Source: Chrysomallon squamiferum
Lineage: Eukaryota > Animalia > Mollusca
Direction of reading: 5' to 3'
Assembly: GCA_012295275.1 (NCBI GenBank)
Contig: CM022670.1
Location: forward strand, 26,350,001-26,414,000
DNA: 64,000 nt
Positions within the stretch are counted from its first letter, which is position 1. Each line of letters begins with the position of its first letter. The notes beneath the pieces were generated by a model. That model ran no database searches. It was given only the letters and a program-made list of their open reading frames with translations, and was not told the DNA's origin. The position numbers and the translations under genes were made by a program. This document shows positions 46,363-60,025 of this stretch, in pieces.

Positions 46363-46818
46363 GCTTTTTGCAGTGAATGAATGAATGTGTTGTGTTTATT
46401 TATTTTTTTTTTTTTTTTTTTATGTATTTATGTATTTTTTATATTTATGGCTTATGCAAGATTTTTGTATAAAAGTCATATAGCAGTGCAAACTAGATAT
46501 CGTTTCCCTCTCGATTATTCTCACCGAAAGGCGATTCATGTGTAAATTCAAATGAGGGAAACGTTCGGTGTATTTTAATGGGTCATTAGCTGAAATGGTG
46601 AGTATATGAACAGAGCAAATGACAAGAGTGACATATTTGCTGCATGAAATAAATGGGGAATTTTAAACTGCCCAAACCATTTCTTCTCTTGGTGAAATTA
46701 AACATCTAAACATTTGACAATCATAATTTAAATTTTATATTAAAAATCTTTATTTCAGAAATACCATTGGAAAAATACAGATTTCAATCGGTAGTGATTT
46801 GCGGCTGGAAAACAAAAG

Positions 46819-46962
46819 ATGAGATATTTCTGCGTGGCTGGGAAAGGAATTCTGGTGTTTTTATTCACGTGTCTAACATTTGGAGTCTTGTTCTACCTAT
46901 ATTCTTCCTCCATTTCTCCCGTTAAACAGAACAAAGAAATGGAAACACATATCAACACAAAT
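46819..46962 (+). CDS. Paralog C exon 1, signal anchor
   Basis: MRYFCVAGKGILVFLFTCLTFGVLFYLYSS...; donor AAT|gtatgt. An acceptor at 46759 implies an upstream UTR exon. Confidence 0.75.
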
Positions 46963-47112
46963 GTATGTTTGTATGTTTGTATGTATGTATGTATGTTTGT
47001 ATGTATGTATGTATCCGAGTTTGTACATGTCCGTGTATATGTTATGCATCTATACGTGTGTGATATATATTATTATTATTATATATACATCTGTATGTAT
47101 ATGTATGTGTGA

Positions 47113-47146
<34 letters not shown>

Positions 47147-47849
47147 GTTAAAGATCAGTTCAGTAACATCTGTTTCAGTATTTCAGAGGTCCACCTGAAT
47201 TCGCCAATATTTCTATCTCAACGCCGCACGAAGAACTAGCGAGAATATATCATGCGTTAGTAACCAGTATTTTAATTTACTTTAAATACCACTAATGCTA
47301 CTACTACCACTAAAACAACGACTACTACTTCCATTAACACTACAACAACTTCTACTATGTTCACTACAACCATTGGCATTACTACTCTTGCTATTGTTAC
47401 CACTTTTTCTATTTCTGCTATCACTGCTACTACTGCTACCAACACTACACCATTATAATTAGCACTACAACTACTACTTGTACTACTATTAAAACTACTT
47501 CAAACTACTATTTCTTCTACAGTTACCATTTACTATTAATACTGCTAATATTTCTACTATAGCTACTACTTCATGTATTACTATTACAATATTACTAGTC
47601 ATTAAATGTTTTGGTAAGTACAGCTACTTTTACTATCACAATTTGTACCACTGTTATTGCTTTATTCCATTTAGTCATAGTAATACACTAACTACATTTA
47701 CTGTTTTACTATTATTATTATGAAATACTATTAGAAATACTACTATTACTTCTACTACCACTACTATTTCCTTTTTTTTTTTCCTGTTGTTGTTTGATGT
47801 TATTTGTTGTTGTTGTTGTTGGTTGTTGGTTGTTGGTTGTTGTTGTTGT

Positions 47850-47880
<31 letters not shown>

Positions 47881-48329
47881 AAAATATGTCGTTTTCCGAA
47901 TTCTTTCGTAACTTTTTCACAAAACAATAAACATTTAAATGCCGAATGTTGAGACGATTTTAGCGATGGGTACTAATTGCCCATAACATTAGCGTCTAAT
48001 GATCGGAAACATATGTTTAGATTTTCTTTAAAATATTACTGGAATATCTCTTGCGCAAGACGACGGGACCTTTTGAATTCTAATCCTTCCCCGCATGCAC
48101 CGTGTTCCGTTTTATCATCGTTCTTTCGTTGATGCAGTTTTTATTTTGCTCTGTTATATTTTTTTCAGATACGTTGATAAACCACAGATAGAATGCCACA
48201 ACATCACACGGTATGGTAACGTTGGCGATGGAGGGTGGTTTGTGTGTCGTGATAGGGGCTATGAACTGAAAACACCTTGTCTTGTATATTCCTTTGGGTG
48301 AGTAAAATGTTTGATTATTTTTTTATATA

Positions 48330-48388
<59 letters not shown>

Positions 48389-48391
48389 AAG

Positions 48392-48423
<32 letters not shown>

Positions 48424-49735
48424 AACAAAAAGCAATAATAATAACAATAAAGGAACAAACAAACAAATAAATAAATCCTAGATATTTGAAATTGCAGTAT
48501 TATATAAATAAAAATCTTTCTTTCTTATAAATGTCTATTACAGTATCAACAATGACTGGAGTTTTGACGACGCAGTGGCGTCATCTGCTGGCTGTCAAGT
48601 TTATTCTTATGACCCAAGGCAAGTTTTATTCATTTATTCATTCATTGTGCATTTCTGTGTATCGCTGTGTTCATAATATTTTGACACTCCCTTCGACGTT
48701 GAATATACATAAATAAAGAGATAAATTGAAAGATAAATAGATAACAAGGTAGGTAGGTAGAAAGAGAGGAGAATGGCAACTTCAAAAATATTTTTACAAA
48801 TCGAACTCGACAAAATCCTGCATTAATGGCCTCACATAAATATATACGTATATAGGTACCACCTGACACATATCCAGTTGTCTTTGATGACTTTCCTTCA
48901 TTTGTAGCATGAAACTGCAAGAACACATGCGAGGCCCACTCATCCATTTTTATCCGATTGGACTGGACGGCAGTGATGGAAAAAACTTGAATCATCCATA
49001 CTGGAAAATGAACACACTAAACGCAATCAGACGAAACCTGGGCCACTTGAGAGTATGTTTTTCTGTGTACATGTCAGGCAAAATGTACAGGCAAACAATA
49101 GTTACTACTAAAATCACCACCACCACTACTACAACAACTACTAGTACCACCACCACCACTATTACTGCTACTACTATTACTACTACTATTAGTCACTATA
49201 GTATTACAATTAAAACTAAAACTACCACTACTGTTACTATTACTACTATCACTTCAGCTACCGCCATCACTTTTACTATTGCTGCTTTTGTAACAGCTAT
49301 TACCTTTACTGCTGCTATTACTACAACTGCTGTTATCATTAGTAATAAATTATCACTTTTAACAACTACTACAACTACTACGGTTCTCTTTCGTTTCAGA
49401 CATCAATCGACGTGCTGAAAGTCGACATAGAAGGGTCAGAATGGAACGCTTTTCCAGAAATGGTTCTTAGCGGCGCGTTGGACAATGTTAAACAGTTTTG
49501 TTTTGAGATTCACTATTTTCTGCCCACGCCTATTAGAGATCCAGAACCGTGGCAATACCATAACGGCTTGCTCTTGCTTAAGGACTTGTACAATTTAGGA
49601 TTCAGAATTTTCAAATCCCACGGCAATCCCTGGTGTACTTATGTTTCACGTTTTGCCCGAAAACGAATTTCATGTCACGAAGTTTATATGATTAATACAT
49701 TCTACACTAGAAATAAAAGTACATTGGTTTATTAA
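46819..49735 (+). CDS. METTL24-like methyltransferase paralog C (6 coding exons, intact, 301 aa)
   Basis: Exons 46819-46962, 47179-47255, 48169-48297, 48544-48618, 48908-49052, 49400-49735 total 906 nt and are open throughout. N-terminal TM; motifs GNVGDGGWFVC, CLVYSFGINNDWSFD, LKVDIEGSEW, QFCFEIH, CHEVYMIN. Confidence 0.92.
47179..47255 (+). CDS. Paralog C exon 2
   Basis: tttcag|TAT TTC AGA GGT CCA...CAT GC|gttagt. Confidence 0.8.
48169..48297 (+). CDS. Paralog C exon 3
   Basis: 129 nt, GG|gtgagt. Confidence 0.9.
48544..48618 (+). CDS. Paralog C exon 4 (INNDWSFDDAVASSAGCQVYSYDPS), GC donor
   Basis: 75 nt, AG|gcaagt. Confidence 0.88.
48908..49052 (+). CDS. Paralog C exon 5
   Basis: 145 nt, ttgtag| ... 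AGA|gtatgt. Confidence 0.88.
49400..49735 (+). CDS. Paralog C exon 6 (terminal)
   Basis: tttcag|ACA TCA ATC GAC GTG CTG AAA...TLVY*. Confidence 0.92.
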   Translation, partial: TSIDVLKVDIEGSEWNAFPEMVLSGALDNVKQFCFEIHYFLPTPIRDPEPWQYHNGLLLLKDLYNLGFRIFKSHGNPWCTYVSRFARKRISCHEVYMINTFYTRNKSTLVY

Positions 49736-50175
49736 TATTCTGCAGAAATCTGTCATTTGTTCATCTGTTTTTGAGTGTTAATAATGGCGCATTTTTCAGC
49801 GACTTTTAACACAAATAAAACTGCAGTTAGCATTTTATTTTGTTTAGTTTATTCTTAATTACACAAGAACGTGCGTTTCGTGTAAGACAACAGAATACAG
49901 TTTTTCAACACTTTCATTTTTCTTTGAAATGAAAATTAAAGTATGTGTAAAAAGGTTTTGTGGTCAGAATATCGAAAAGCGTGGAGTGTTTATTATTGTG
50001 TTTATTATTGTGTTACAATTGTCTGACAGCTGCTGTTTCTCTGTTACTGTTCTCTAGTAGGCAATAAAAATGATGTAAAAATAAATTTAACGATACTAAC
50101 ACTGTTTTAAAATCTAAATTTATCATTACACTGTGTAATAATAATATGATTAAGCGACACAAAGATTAAAAATAC

Positions 50176-50660
50176 AGGTAACTTCCTTTTTGCCAAGCAA
50201 TGATCTGGTTATTTTCAGTCAGAGATTTTGGTTAATTTTTATGAATATTTATTTATTTTTCATAAGAATAACAAAAACATGCAACATCCATTAATAATAC
50301 ATTCAGCTAAAGAAGTAAAAAGAAACAATGATACTTAGTGAGGTTGCATGACTTCGGAAATCATATACGATATAGATAAAAGCTGTGGGCTGAAGCAACA
50401 TTGATCTATATTTTAAGAAAATAATTAAATAAATATTAAAATATTTTAAAAATGTGTAATAAAATTACATAGTATCAAACCGTAGTTTTCTGAAACTCGT
50501 GAAGTTTATAGGAGTCGTAGAATTTGAGGAGCTACCAGATTTTGTAGTGCATACATTTTTCTATTTAAAACTTAAATAGTGTTTTTAATTCCTGATTCAT
50601 TAGGTTTATAATTTAGTTTATGTATATAAAAACTAACAAGATGAGTAATTCTTTGCTGTA
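50176..50660 (+). repeat. AT-rich segment duplicated at about 52050-52470
   Basis: Shared ttttgccaagcaatgatc, cagagattttggttaatttttatgaata, taaagaagtaaa and tctatttaaaactta. Confidence 0.8.
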
Positions 50661-50729
50661 GATTAATCTGTTTCATTACTCGTTGGTAGAATATCGTATA
50701 AGACACAACTTTGTTAGCGGCTGTGTCAT

Positions 50730-51770
50730 ACGTGACAGCTTAGTTTTCAAAACCGTTTAAAATTTCAGATAGTTTTACGTGAGACTTACTTTATAAAAGC
50801 AATTCATACGTGGGATCGTAGTTTACAAAAGGTGTTTAGACAGTTATACGTGACAATATAGTGAAATATTTGGCCTTGATGAAAATGAATCTGTGATCTG
50901 TCTCCATATAATGACGTGAAATATCGACTTAGAACATCTGTATTTAAATAACCAAGAAACAACAAAAGAACAAACCTTAACATGTTGTTCAAACATACTT
51001 TACACCAGCAAGTCGACATAAATATTCACAAAAACGTATAAATGCCATCACGCTGTGTAAGTATCCTCCACATGTTACGCAGTATAATTTTCATAGCTGT
51101 ATAATCACATTATTTTATACTTTCTTTTGTTCTTCTTGCCCGAATACGTCAGCAGGTTGTCATTCTCGATTTTGACAATTTTTCGGGGAATGTCAGATAA
51201 TCCCTGTGGATCATTATTTCCTTTTTTCATTCTATTGATTACACAATTTTTATTGTTTTATGTTTGGTCGTGTTTATTGTTTGGATTTGAATCGCTGTGG
51301 ATCTTTATTTCTTTTTCATTCTATTGGTTACACAATTTTTATTGTTTTATGGTTAGTCGTGTTCATTGTTTGAATTTGCAAAGCGGTGTATGCAACCCAG
51401 CGAGTCTCGACGGCCTGAAGTGTTTCAAAGTCAGTGATTAGCAGACTGTGGATCGGATACCAGCAAAAACAACTGACTTTGTTCGTCCCAGGGCAAGTTC
51501 AGGCTGCTAGAGATCGGAGGATAACAAATTATCTCCATGCTGGACGTCCTCGGGTTGTGTCTACACGAAAAAATCGTCACATTACCCAGAGATGTGAACA
51601 GAGCAGGACACGTCAGAACTGATGTTCGCTGCAGGTTACACATCGTGTTTTCAGGTGAATCCATGTCGGCTTTACACGTTACTGACAGTCGGGTCTGGTG
51701 ACTACGAAATCAACGGCACACCTATGTTACGATGTTATTTCGTCAATGATCACCTCCAGCAACGGCAACC
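50730..51770 (+). repeat. Diverged direct-repeat block, copy 2, with a Tc1-like remnant
   Basis: Homologous to 44560-46130. ORF 51434-51622 gives ISRLW...AGRPRVVSTRKNRHI, a Tc1 HTH/GRPR-like pattern. Confidence 0.75.
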
Positions 51771-53018
51771 TCTTTCCGAGCAATGAGTGGAAATGATTGC
51801 CTCAAACGAACATTTCCACCGAATGAATGCCTTACACATGTTCGCTGTATCGCTCACTACTGATATTATAAAAATACTAATAACAAAAAAATAAAATAAA
51901 ATAATTATAACACATATGGCTTATACAGGGTTTTTTGTACATTTTAAAATCTATGATTGTCAATATATAATGTAATAACATGATCAAAGCATCATATACA
52001 TAAAAACACAGGTTATTTCCTCTATTATTTTGTTTTATTTTTTTTTATTTTTTTTTGCCAAGCAATGATCAGAGATTTTGGTTAATTTTTATGAATATTT
52101 TTTTTTTTTTCATAAGAATAACAAAATTATGAAAAATCCATTAATTATACATTCATCTAAAGAAGTAAACAAAAATAATAATACTTAATGAAACTGTATG
52201 AATACAGAAGATCTATAAGCATAAAGATAAAAATATTTTTAAAAATTAAGTTAAATTAAAATATTTAAAAATGTGTAACAAACTTACACAGTGTGAAAAC
52301 TGTAGTTTTCTAAAACTCATGTGAAATTCATAGCAGTCGTAAAATTTGAGAAGTAAACAATTATTGTAATAAATACATTTTCTATTTAAAACTTAATTTC
52401 CCGATTCATCAGTTTTGTAACCTGGTTTACGTATATAAAAATTAACTGAGTTAGGAACTCCTTGCCGTAGTTCTCACTGAAATAACTTTTTTCTTGCAAC
52501 CCTTTTACTGGTAGTCAGTAATACAAAACTATTTCTCGTTCTCGAAATAATAGATATATTTTATTTTTTCCAATTTCATATTTTCTTTGTGTAACTGACC
52601 ACCTTATTGTACTTTGGAAATATATAGATAATTACGTAACATTGTGAGCATTATGTTGCTTTTTTCTTAATCATATTCAAAACAAAAAATTTGGGCATTT
52701 GATTTTATTTAATCTTACACAAAAGGAGTAAGTTAATAAGAATACAGCATGAACTAATTAATGATGATCATGATGATAATAATAATAACAGAAACAATAA
52801 CAACAACAACAACAATAATAATAATAATAATAATAATGACTTGTGAAAAAAGAAACTTTGGTAGATGAGTGTTTATTCAGAAGTGTTTCATATTCATCAA
52901 GATTAGTTTTCTCTTTTAATTTGGGTATTTGATTTTATTTAATCTTACACAAAAGGAGTAAGTTAATAAGAATACAGCATGAACTAATTAATTATGATGA
53001 TGATGATGATGGTGATAA

Positions 53019-53078
<60 letters not shown>

Positions 53079-53249
53079 CTTCTGAAAAAAGAAACTTAGG
53101 TAGATCAGAGTGTTTATTCAGAAGTGTTTAGTTTTCATCAAGATACCAAATTGAATTCGTTTTCTCTTTTTATGGTTTCCTATCATTTATAATAAAAATA
53201 ATTGTATAATATTGTCGATAACAATTTAATTAAGAAAGAGGGAGGGAGG

Positions 53250-53342
<93 letters not shown>

Positions 53343-53388
53343 ACAAACAAACCTATGAACGCTTGCACATACTTCTGCTGGTTTGTTC

Positions 53389-53510
53389 TGTACCTAAGGT
53401 GAACAGTCCCCCGGTAGCTCATTTTCAAGGATGAGTTCCCGTATTAGCCACACTGAGGTGGGGGTGTCATCACTCACCAGGTGACTCCTTGTCGCTGCAT
53501 TTTAGGTACA
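53389..53510 (+). ncRNA. Unidentified 122-bp conserved, self-complementary element, copy 1 (candidate structured RNA)
   Basis: 121/122 identical to copies 2 and 3; 13-bp terminal stem and internal hairpins. The repeat is certain; RNA status is inference. Confidence 0.4.
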
Positions 53511-54579
53511 AAAAATTCTTACTTTGTTTAAACTATGAAACATGTTTGTTAAAGATTACTTGGTGAGGAATGATACTTATCCAAATTTTGTTCAAAGTAT
53601 ATGACACAGAGAAATCATTTGAAAATATTTTTGTAAACTTTTATTTATTTATTTATTTATTTTATTTATTTATTTATTATCTAGTAATTTTTATTTATTT
53701 GATTTTTTCTGAATTCGTTATCATTTACAAGTAAATATGAAGTATTTAATGTTGTACAATATACATACAATTTTGTTTCAAACAAGAAAACTCAATACTA
53801 TTCATTTCGAAACTCATTAGTAATACATTTCTGAATTCTTTATAAGAAGAAATTATAAAATTAAAATTTATATCTATTTTCCTTTTACATTTCCCCTTTC
53901 TTTTCAATCACGTAACTATTAATTAATCTCTATATAACTATGCATTTCTGATTTACATTGTAATTTCTTATTTTAATAAACAAGACTTACTTATTTTTTC
54001 AGTGAACCATCGAGATAACTTATCAGTTTATCTGAATCCTAAATACTGAGAAAAAAATACATGTTGTTTAATCAATCAATTTAATATGATGCACAGAAAT
54101 ATATTCTTTAATGCCATAAACCATAAGTAGAGTTCTTGTGTCATATACTGTGAATAAATAGATTTAGAAGCGTCGACCTAAACATAAAAAATACTAAAAT
54201 AATTTCGACGCAGATTTATGCGGTTCATCAAAATAAAAGAAATCGGATATTTAAACATAATAAATATATATGCAAGTTTCATAAAAGAATTCTAGATGCC
54301 AAATTCAAGAAATAAAAATCCGATTTTGAACCTTCCAACACACAGTTGAGGTCAAGGCAGAGTCACGAAAGGTTACAGACTAACTATTCCTCGACATTCA
54401 TACTCTTCACGAAACGCTGAATTTAAATATCAGTCGAGAGTTAGAAATAATTATAAATACAACACTTAAAACAAACTATTAACTATTCTTTAACAAAAAC
54501 ATAATAAACTAAAATTATATTTAATTATAATTAAATCACATTTTCACACAACTCCACAAATATCTAAACCACCCCTCCA

Positions 54580-57380
54580 CATACCCACTACATCTTTCAC
54601 ATTAGCCTACATACCTATCTTAACTCACATACACACTACATCTTTCACATTAACCTACATACCTATCTTAACTCACATACACACTATCTTTCACATTAAC
54701 CTACATACCTATCTTAACTCACATACACACTATCTTTCACATTAGCCTACATACCTATCTTAACTCACATACACACTACATCTTTCACATTAGCCTACAT
54801 ACCTATCCTAACTCACATACACACTATCTTTCACATTAGCCTACATACCTATCTTAACTCACATACACACTATCCTTCGCACACACTCACACACGTACAT
54901 AACAATACTCTCTCTCAAACACACAAACACAAATACCCACACTTTCTTACAAATGCACATCCACTCCTCCTTTCACATTCACATATATACCCACACTCCA
55001 GACGCATAGCACATGCACACTGTTACACACACGCATGTATATACCCAGCCTCTCTCTCAAACACACAAACACATATCCCCAAACTTTCTCACACATGCAC
55101 ACGTATATATCCACTCCTCCTTTCACATTCACAAGCATACCACCACTTCAACACATAGCCATGCACCTGCACACAATTTTCGAAAAACGCATGTATATAT
55201 TCATCCTCTCTCTCAAACACACAAACACAAATACCCACATTTTCTCAGACATGTACACGCATATACCCACTCCTCCTTTCACATTCGCGTGCACAACCAC
55301 ACATCAACACACACATCTATGCACGCTCTCTTTCACACATACCTGGAAATACCCATCATCTCTATCAAAAACACACACACACAAATATCCACACTTTCTC
55401 ACACATGCACACATAAACACACACTCCTCCCTTCACATTAGCATGTATACCCACACTTCAACACATATGACCGTGAATATCCACACTGTTCTGCACACAC
55501 GCATGTTTATAGCAAGCCTCTCTCTCGAACACACAAACACAAATACCCACACTTTCTCAAATATGCACAAGTATATACCCACTCCTCCTTTCACATTCGC
55601 ATGTATACCCACACTTCACACACATAGCCATGCACATGCACACTCTCTTAAACACACGAATGTATATACCCAATCTCTCTCTCAAACACAAACACACAAA
55701 TACCCAGTATTAACTATTCTTTAACAAAAACATAATAAAATAAAATTATATTACAATATTTAATTCTTATTAATTCATTTTAACAAATCTGCACAAATAT
55801 CTAAACCACCACTGTACATACCCACTACATCTTTCACATTAGCCTACATACCTATCTTAACTCACATACCCACTCTTTCTTTCACACATTAACCTACATA
55901 CCTATCCTTCACTCACATACACACCTATCCTTAACTCACATACACACTCACATCTTTCACATTAGTATATAAACAATACCCTCTCATCTTTCAAACACAC
56001 AAACACAAATCTTAACTCACATACCCACTTTCTTTCAAATTAGCCTACATACCTAGCATACCTACTCACTCCTTCCACATTTCAAATAAACACATAAACA
56101 TGCACACTTTCTTTTATCCAACACACTTCAACCTGTTTCATATATACCCATCCTCTCTCTTTAACACACAAATATACCCATATCCCACAAACGTATATCC
56201 CCAAACGTACACGTACACATCCACTACTCCTTTGACATTCGCAAGCGTAACCAAACCAGTACACACAGCCATGCACGTGCACACAATTTTCGACTCACGC
56301 ATCTATATACCTATCCTCTCTCTATCTAATACACACTTCCTCACATATGCCACGTATAAACCTACTACTCGCAAGCGTAACCACACTTCAACACCAACAC
56401 CCATTCACATGCACACTATCTTCAACACACGCATGTATATACCCAGCCTCTCTCTCAAACATGCAAACACAAATACCCACACTTCAACACCAACACCCAT
56501 TCACATGCACACTATCTTCTACACATGCATGTATATAGCAAGCCTCACTCTCAAACACAAAAACAAAAATACCCACACTTCAACACCAACACCCATTCAC
56601 ATGCACACTATCTTCAACACACGCATGTATATACCCAGCCTCTCTCTCAAACATGCAAACACAAATACCCACACTTCAACACCAACACCCATTCACATGC
56701 ACACTATCTTCTACACATGCATGTATATAGCAAGCCTCACTCTCAAACACAAAAACAAAAATACCCACACTTTCTTACACATGCACACGTATACACCCAC
56801 ACCTCCTTTCATGTTCCCATGTATACCCACACTTCAACACATATAGCCATGCACATGCAAACTATCTTCCACAAACCTATGTTTATACCCATACTCTGTC
56901 TTCAACACGTAAAAACATATACAAACACTTTCTTACATGTACACACCTACATACCCACGCCTCCATACACATTCGTGTGCATGTCCACACTTCAACACAC
57001 ATACCCATGCACACTCTGTTTAACACACACAAACACAAATACCCACCACATCCACACGCATTTATCCTCACACATCCAAACGCACACATATACCCTCTCC
57101 TCTTTTCATATTCCCATGTAAACCGAAACTTCAACACACAGCAATGCACATGCATACTATCTTCCACAGACACATGTTTATACCCAGCCTCTCTCTCAAA
57201 CACACAAACACAAATACCCACACTTTCTCACACATGTACACGTTTATATCCACTCCTCCTTTCACATTCGCATGCATACCCACTCTTCGACATATATTCC
57301 CACACACATGCACTCTCTGTTCAACACTCGCATGTATATACCCATCCTCTCTATATAACACACAAACACAAATACCCAAG
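54580..57380. repeat. CA-rich, G-poor satellite (~155-bp unit) with 45-48-bp and 96-bp sub-arrays
   Basis: The anchor aaacacaaatacccac recurs about every 155 bp. Six 45-48-bp units at 54591-54875; 96-bp units at 56381-56770. Confidence 0.9.
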
Positions 57381-59014
57381 CGTTTCGTGAAAATATGTAT
57401 CTCGAAGAATAGTATTTAGAATGTAAATTTTATAATACAGTAAATAGTGTGACACATCCAGTAATTTTCAGTTTCTATTTTTCGTCTATAAAGAAATGTT
57501 TAACTTACAGAAATATTATCACGGGGTGATATATTATACCCTGCCTAAACCGCAACTGTGCTTTTGTTGTCAATGACGTCAATCTGTTATTGAGGTCTTA
57601 TTTAGTTCAGGTAAATGATGACGTCAGAAACAAAGTTAATCGACGCTTTTTGCATTCGTATTTATTTTCAAAAATTGTATGACCTTTAAATTTATACCTA
57701 AGATATTATGAGTAATCATTTATAAATGAAAATAAACAAATAATAAAAATAAACATTGGTTTCTATCCTTATCTAGTTGTAAAGAATGTAATTTATTGTT
57801 ACCGTGATATAAACCAAAATGGCGACGAGTGATTGCAAAGCGTGCATCATCTATGAACAGTTTTTCATTTTAGACAAAAATATCATAAAAACCTCCGAAA
57901 CAGGACTCGATGTGAACGTCTGCAGATTGTTAAAATGCTCCTCTTTCCATCTGAATGAGTCTTATTTTGTAATTAGTATCTTATGACAACGATAATATAA
58001 TGTTTGTTTACATTTACCATATTTGGTAAGAATTTCAAATTTAAACTCCGTCTTATATTGTGTTAAATAATAATAATATGAATATGAATATGAATAATAC
58101 ATTTTCTGATTTAGTTTTATTTGAATCTACGTTGTTTACATTTACACGAGCGTAATCTTGCAGTTAAAGTCGGTTCTCAGCCATTTATTGTACAGACACT
58201 TGTAAGCACGTGTTGTTTTGATCAGACACCCGTGTCATAGAACAAGTAGAGAAAGTTTTAAATGACATAATTATATTTAACGAACAACAGCTTTAGAGGA
58301 ATAACTTTAATAATTTAAATAAATTTAACAACATTTACAACATTTTCGTATCTACGGTTATCAACATATGATATCATAACATGGTTGTTCATCACACAGA
58401 TAAAGTGTAACAGTTTGTAACTCCTCGCTGTAGTTTTGACTGTAATAACTTTTTTGTGGTAACCATTCTACAGTTTGCCTATTTAACATAAAATAAACGA
58501 ATTTCTAGCTCATGTGCAAATTTTGTTTCTTTCCAGTTCGATATAGTAACCACATTCTCTTTATGTAGTTATGAAATACTCAGATAATTACATAGCATTA
58601 TGAGCAACGTTGCTTTTTTCCTGATCATATTCAAATCAACGTGTATATAAAATCACAGGAGATTTATTTTTCGGGTAAAACAAACATACCTAATTTAATT
58701 AATCTTGCATAAAAGGAGTAAGTTAATAAGAACACAGTATTAGCTAAGTAAAACGAAAATGATGATAATAGTAATAACAATAACAATAATAATGATAACG
58801 GTAATAATCATAATAACAATAATAAAAAGAAAAGTAAGAATAATAATAATAATAATGACTTGTGAAGAAAGAAATTTAGGTAGATGAGTGTTTCATTCAG
58901 AAGGATTTTTTTTTTTTTTTTATCAAGATACCAAATTGAATTTATATATTTTTTTTTTATGCATTTCCTATGATTTATAATTAAATACTATTTCCGATAT
59001 TACTACATGCACAC

Positions 59015-59121
<107 letters not shown>

Positions 59122-59126
59122 GAGAG

Positions 59127-59157
<31 letters not shown>

Positions 59158-59208
59158 CATTACAAATAAAACTAATGCACGCATACACATACTTCTGCTA
59201 TTTTGTTC

Positions 59209-59330
59209 TGTACCTAAGGTGAACAGTCCCCCGGTAGCTCATTTTCAAGTATGAGTTCCCGTATTAGCCACACTGAGGTGGGGGTGTCATCACTCACCAG
59301 GTGACTCCTTGTCGCTGCATTTTAGGTACA
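59209..59330 (+). ncRNA. Unidentified 122-bp element, copy 2
   Basis: Identical to copy 3. Confidence 0.4.
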
Positions 59331-59991
59331 AAAAATTCTTACTTTGTTTAAACTATGAAACATGTTTGTAAAAGATTACTTGGTGAGGAACGATGCTTAT
59401 TTAAATTTGGTTCAAAGTATATAACACAAAGAAATCATTTGAAAATATTTTTAAAAACTTTTATTTATTTATTTATTTATTTATTATCTAGTGATTTTTA
59501 TTTATTGGCTTTTTTGTGAATTTGTTATCATTTACAAGTAAATATGAAGTATTTAATGTTGTACAATATACATACAATTTTGTTTCAAACAAGAAAACTC
59601 AATACTATTCATTTCGAAATTCAATAATAAGATATGAGTAATGATTTATAAATGAAAATAAACAAATAATAAAAATAAACATTGGTTTCTATCCTAATCT
59701 AGTTGTAAAGAATCTAATTTATTGTTACCGTTATATAAACCAAAATGGCGACGAGTGATTGCAAAGCGTGTATCATCTATGAACAGTTTTTCATTTTAGA
59801 CAAAAATAACATAAAAACCTCCGAAACAGGACTCGATGTAAACGACTGCAGGTTGTTGAAATGCTCCTCTTTCCATCTGAATGAGTCTTATTTTGTAATT
59901 AGTATCATATGACAACGATAATATAATGTTTCTTTACCTTTACCATCTTTGGTAAGCATTTCAAATTTAAACTCCGTCATATATTATGTTA

Positions 59992-60025
<34 letters not shown>

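Noticed and set aside
49053-49418. Thr-rich extension of ORF 48909-49418
   Set aside because: Read-through into the (CTA)-rich intron 5 of paralog C.
53369-53510. U1 snRNA variant (ATACTT start, Sm-like site about 128 nt later)
   Set aside because: Lacks ACTTACCTG, the U1-70K loop (GATCACGAAG), the U1A loop (ATTGCAC) and stem-loop IV.
53389-53510. Hammerhead, twister or HDV-like ribozyme, or C/D snoRNA
   Set aside because: No CUGANGA/GAAA core. The minus-strand GGCUAA has no P2 partner, and the minus-strand GUGAUGA has no terminal CUGA. Checked by eye only.
54591-54875. CRISPR-like regular repeats
   Set aside because: Head-to-tail units with no unique spacers and no cas genes, in a eukaryotic context.
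55880-56380. Scrambled satellite segment as a new repeat type
   Set aside because: Looks like a noisy re-copy of 54560-55100, from degraded duplication or poor consensus; cannot be resolved without reads.
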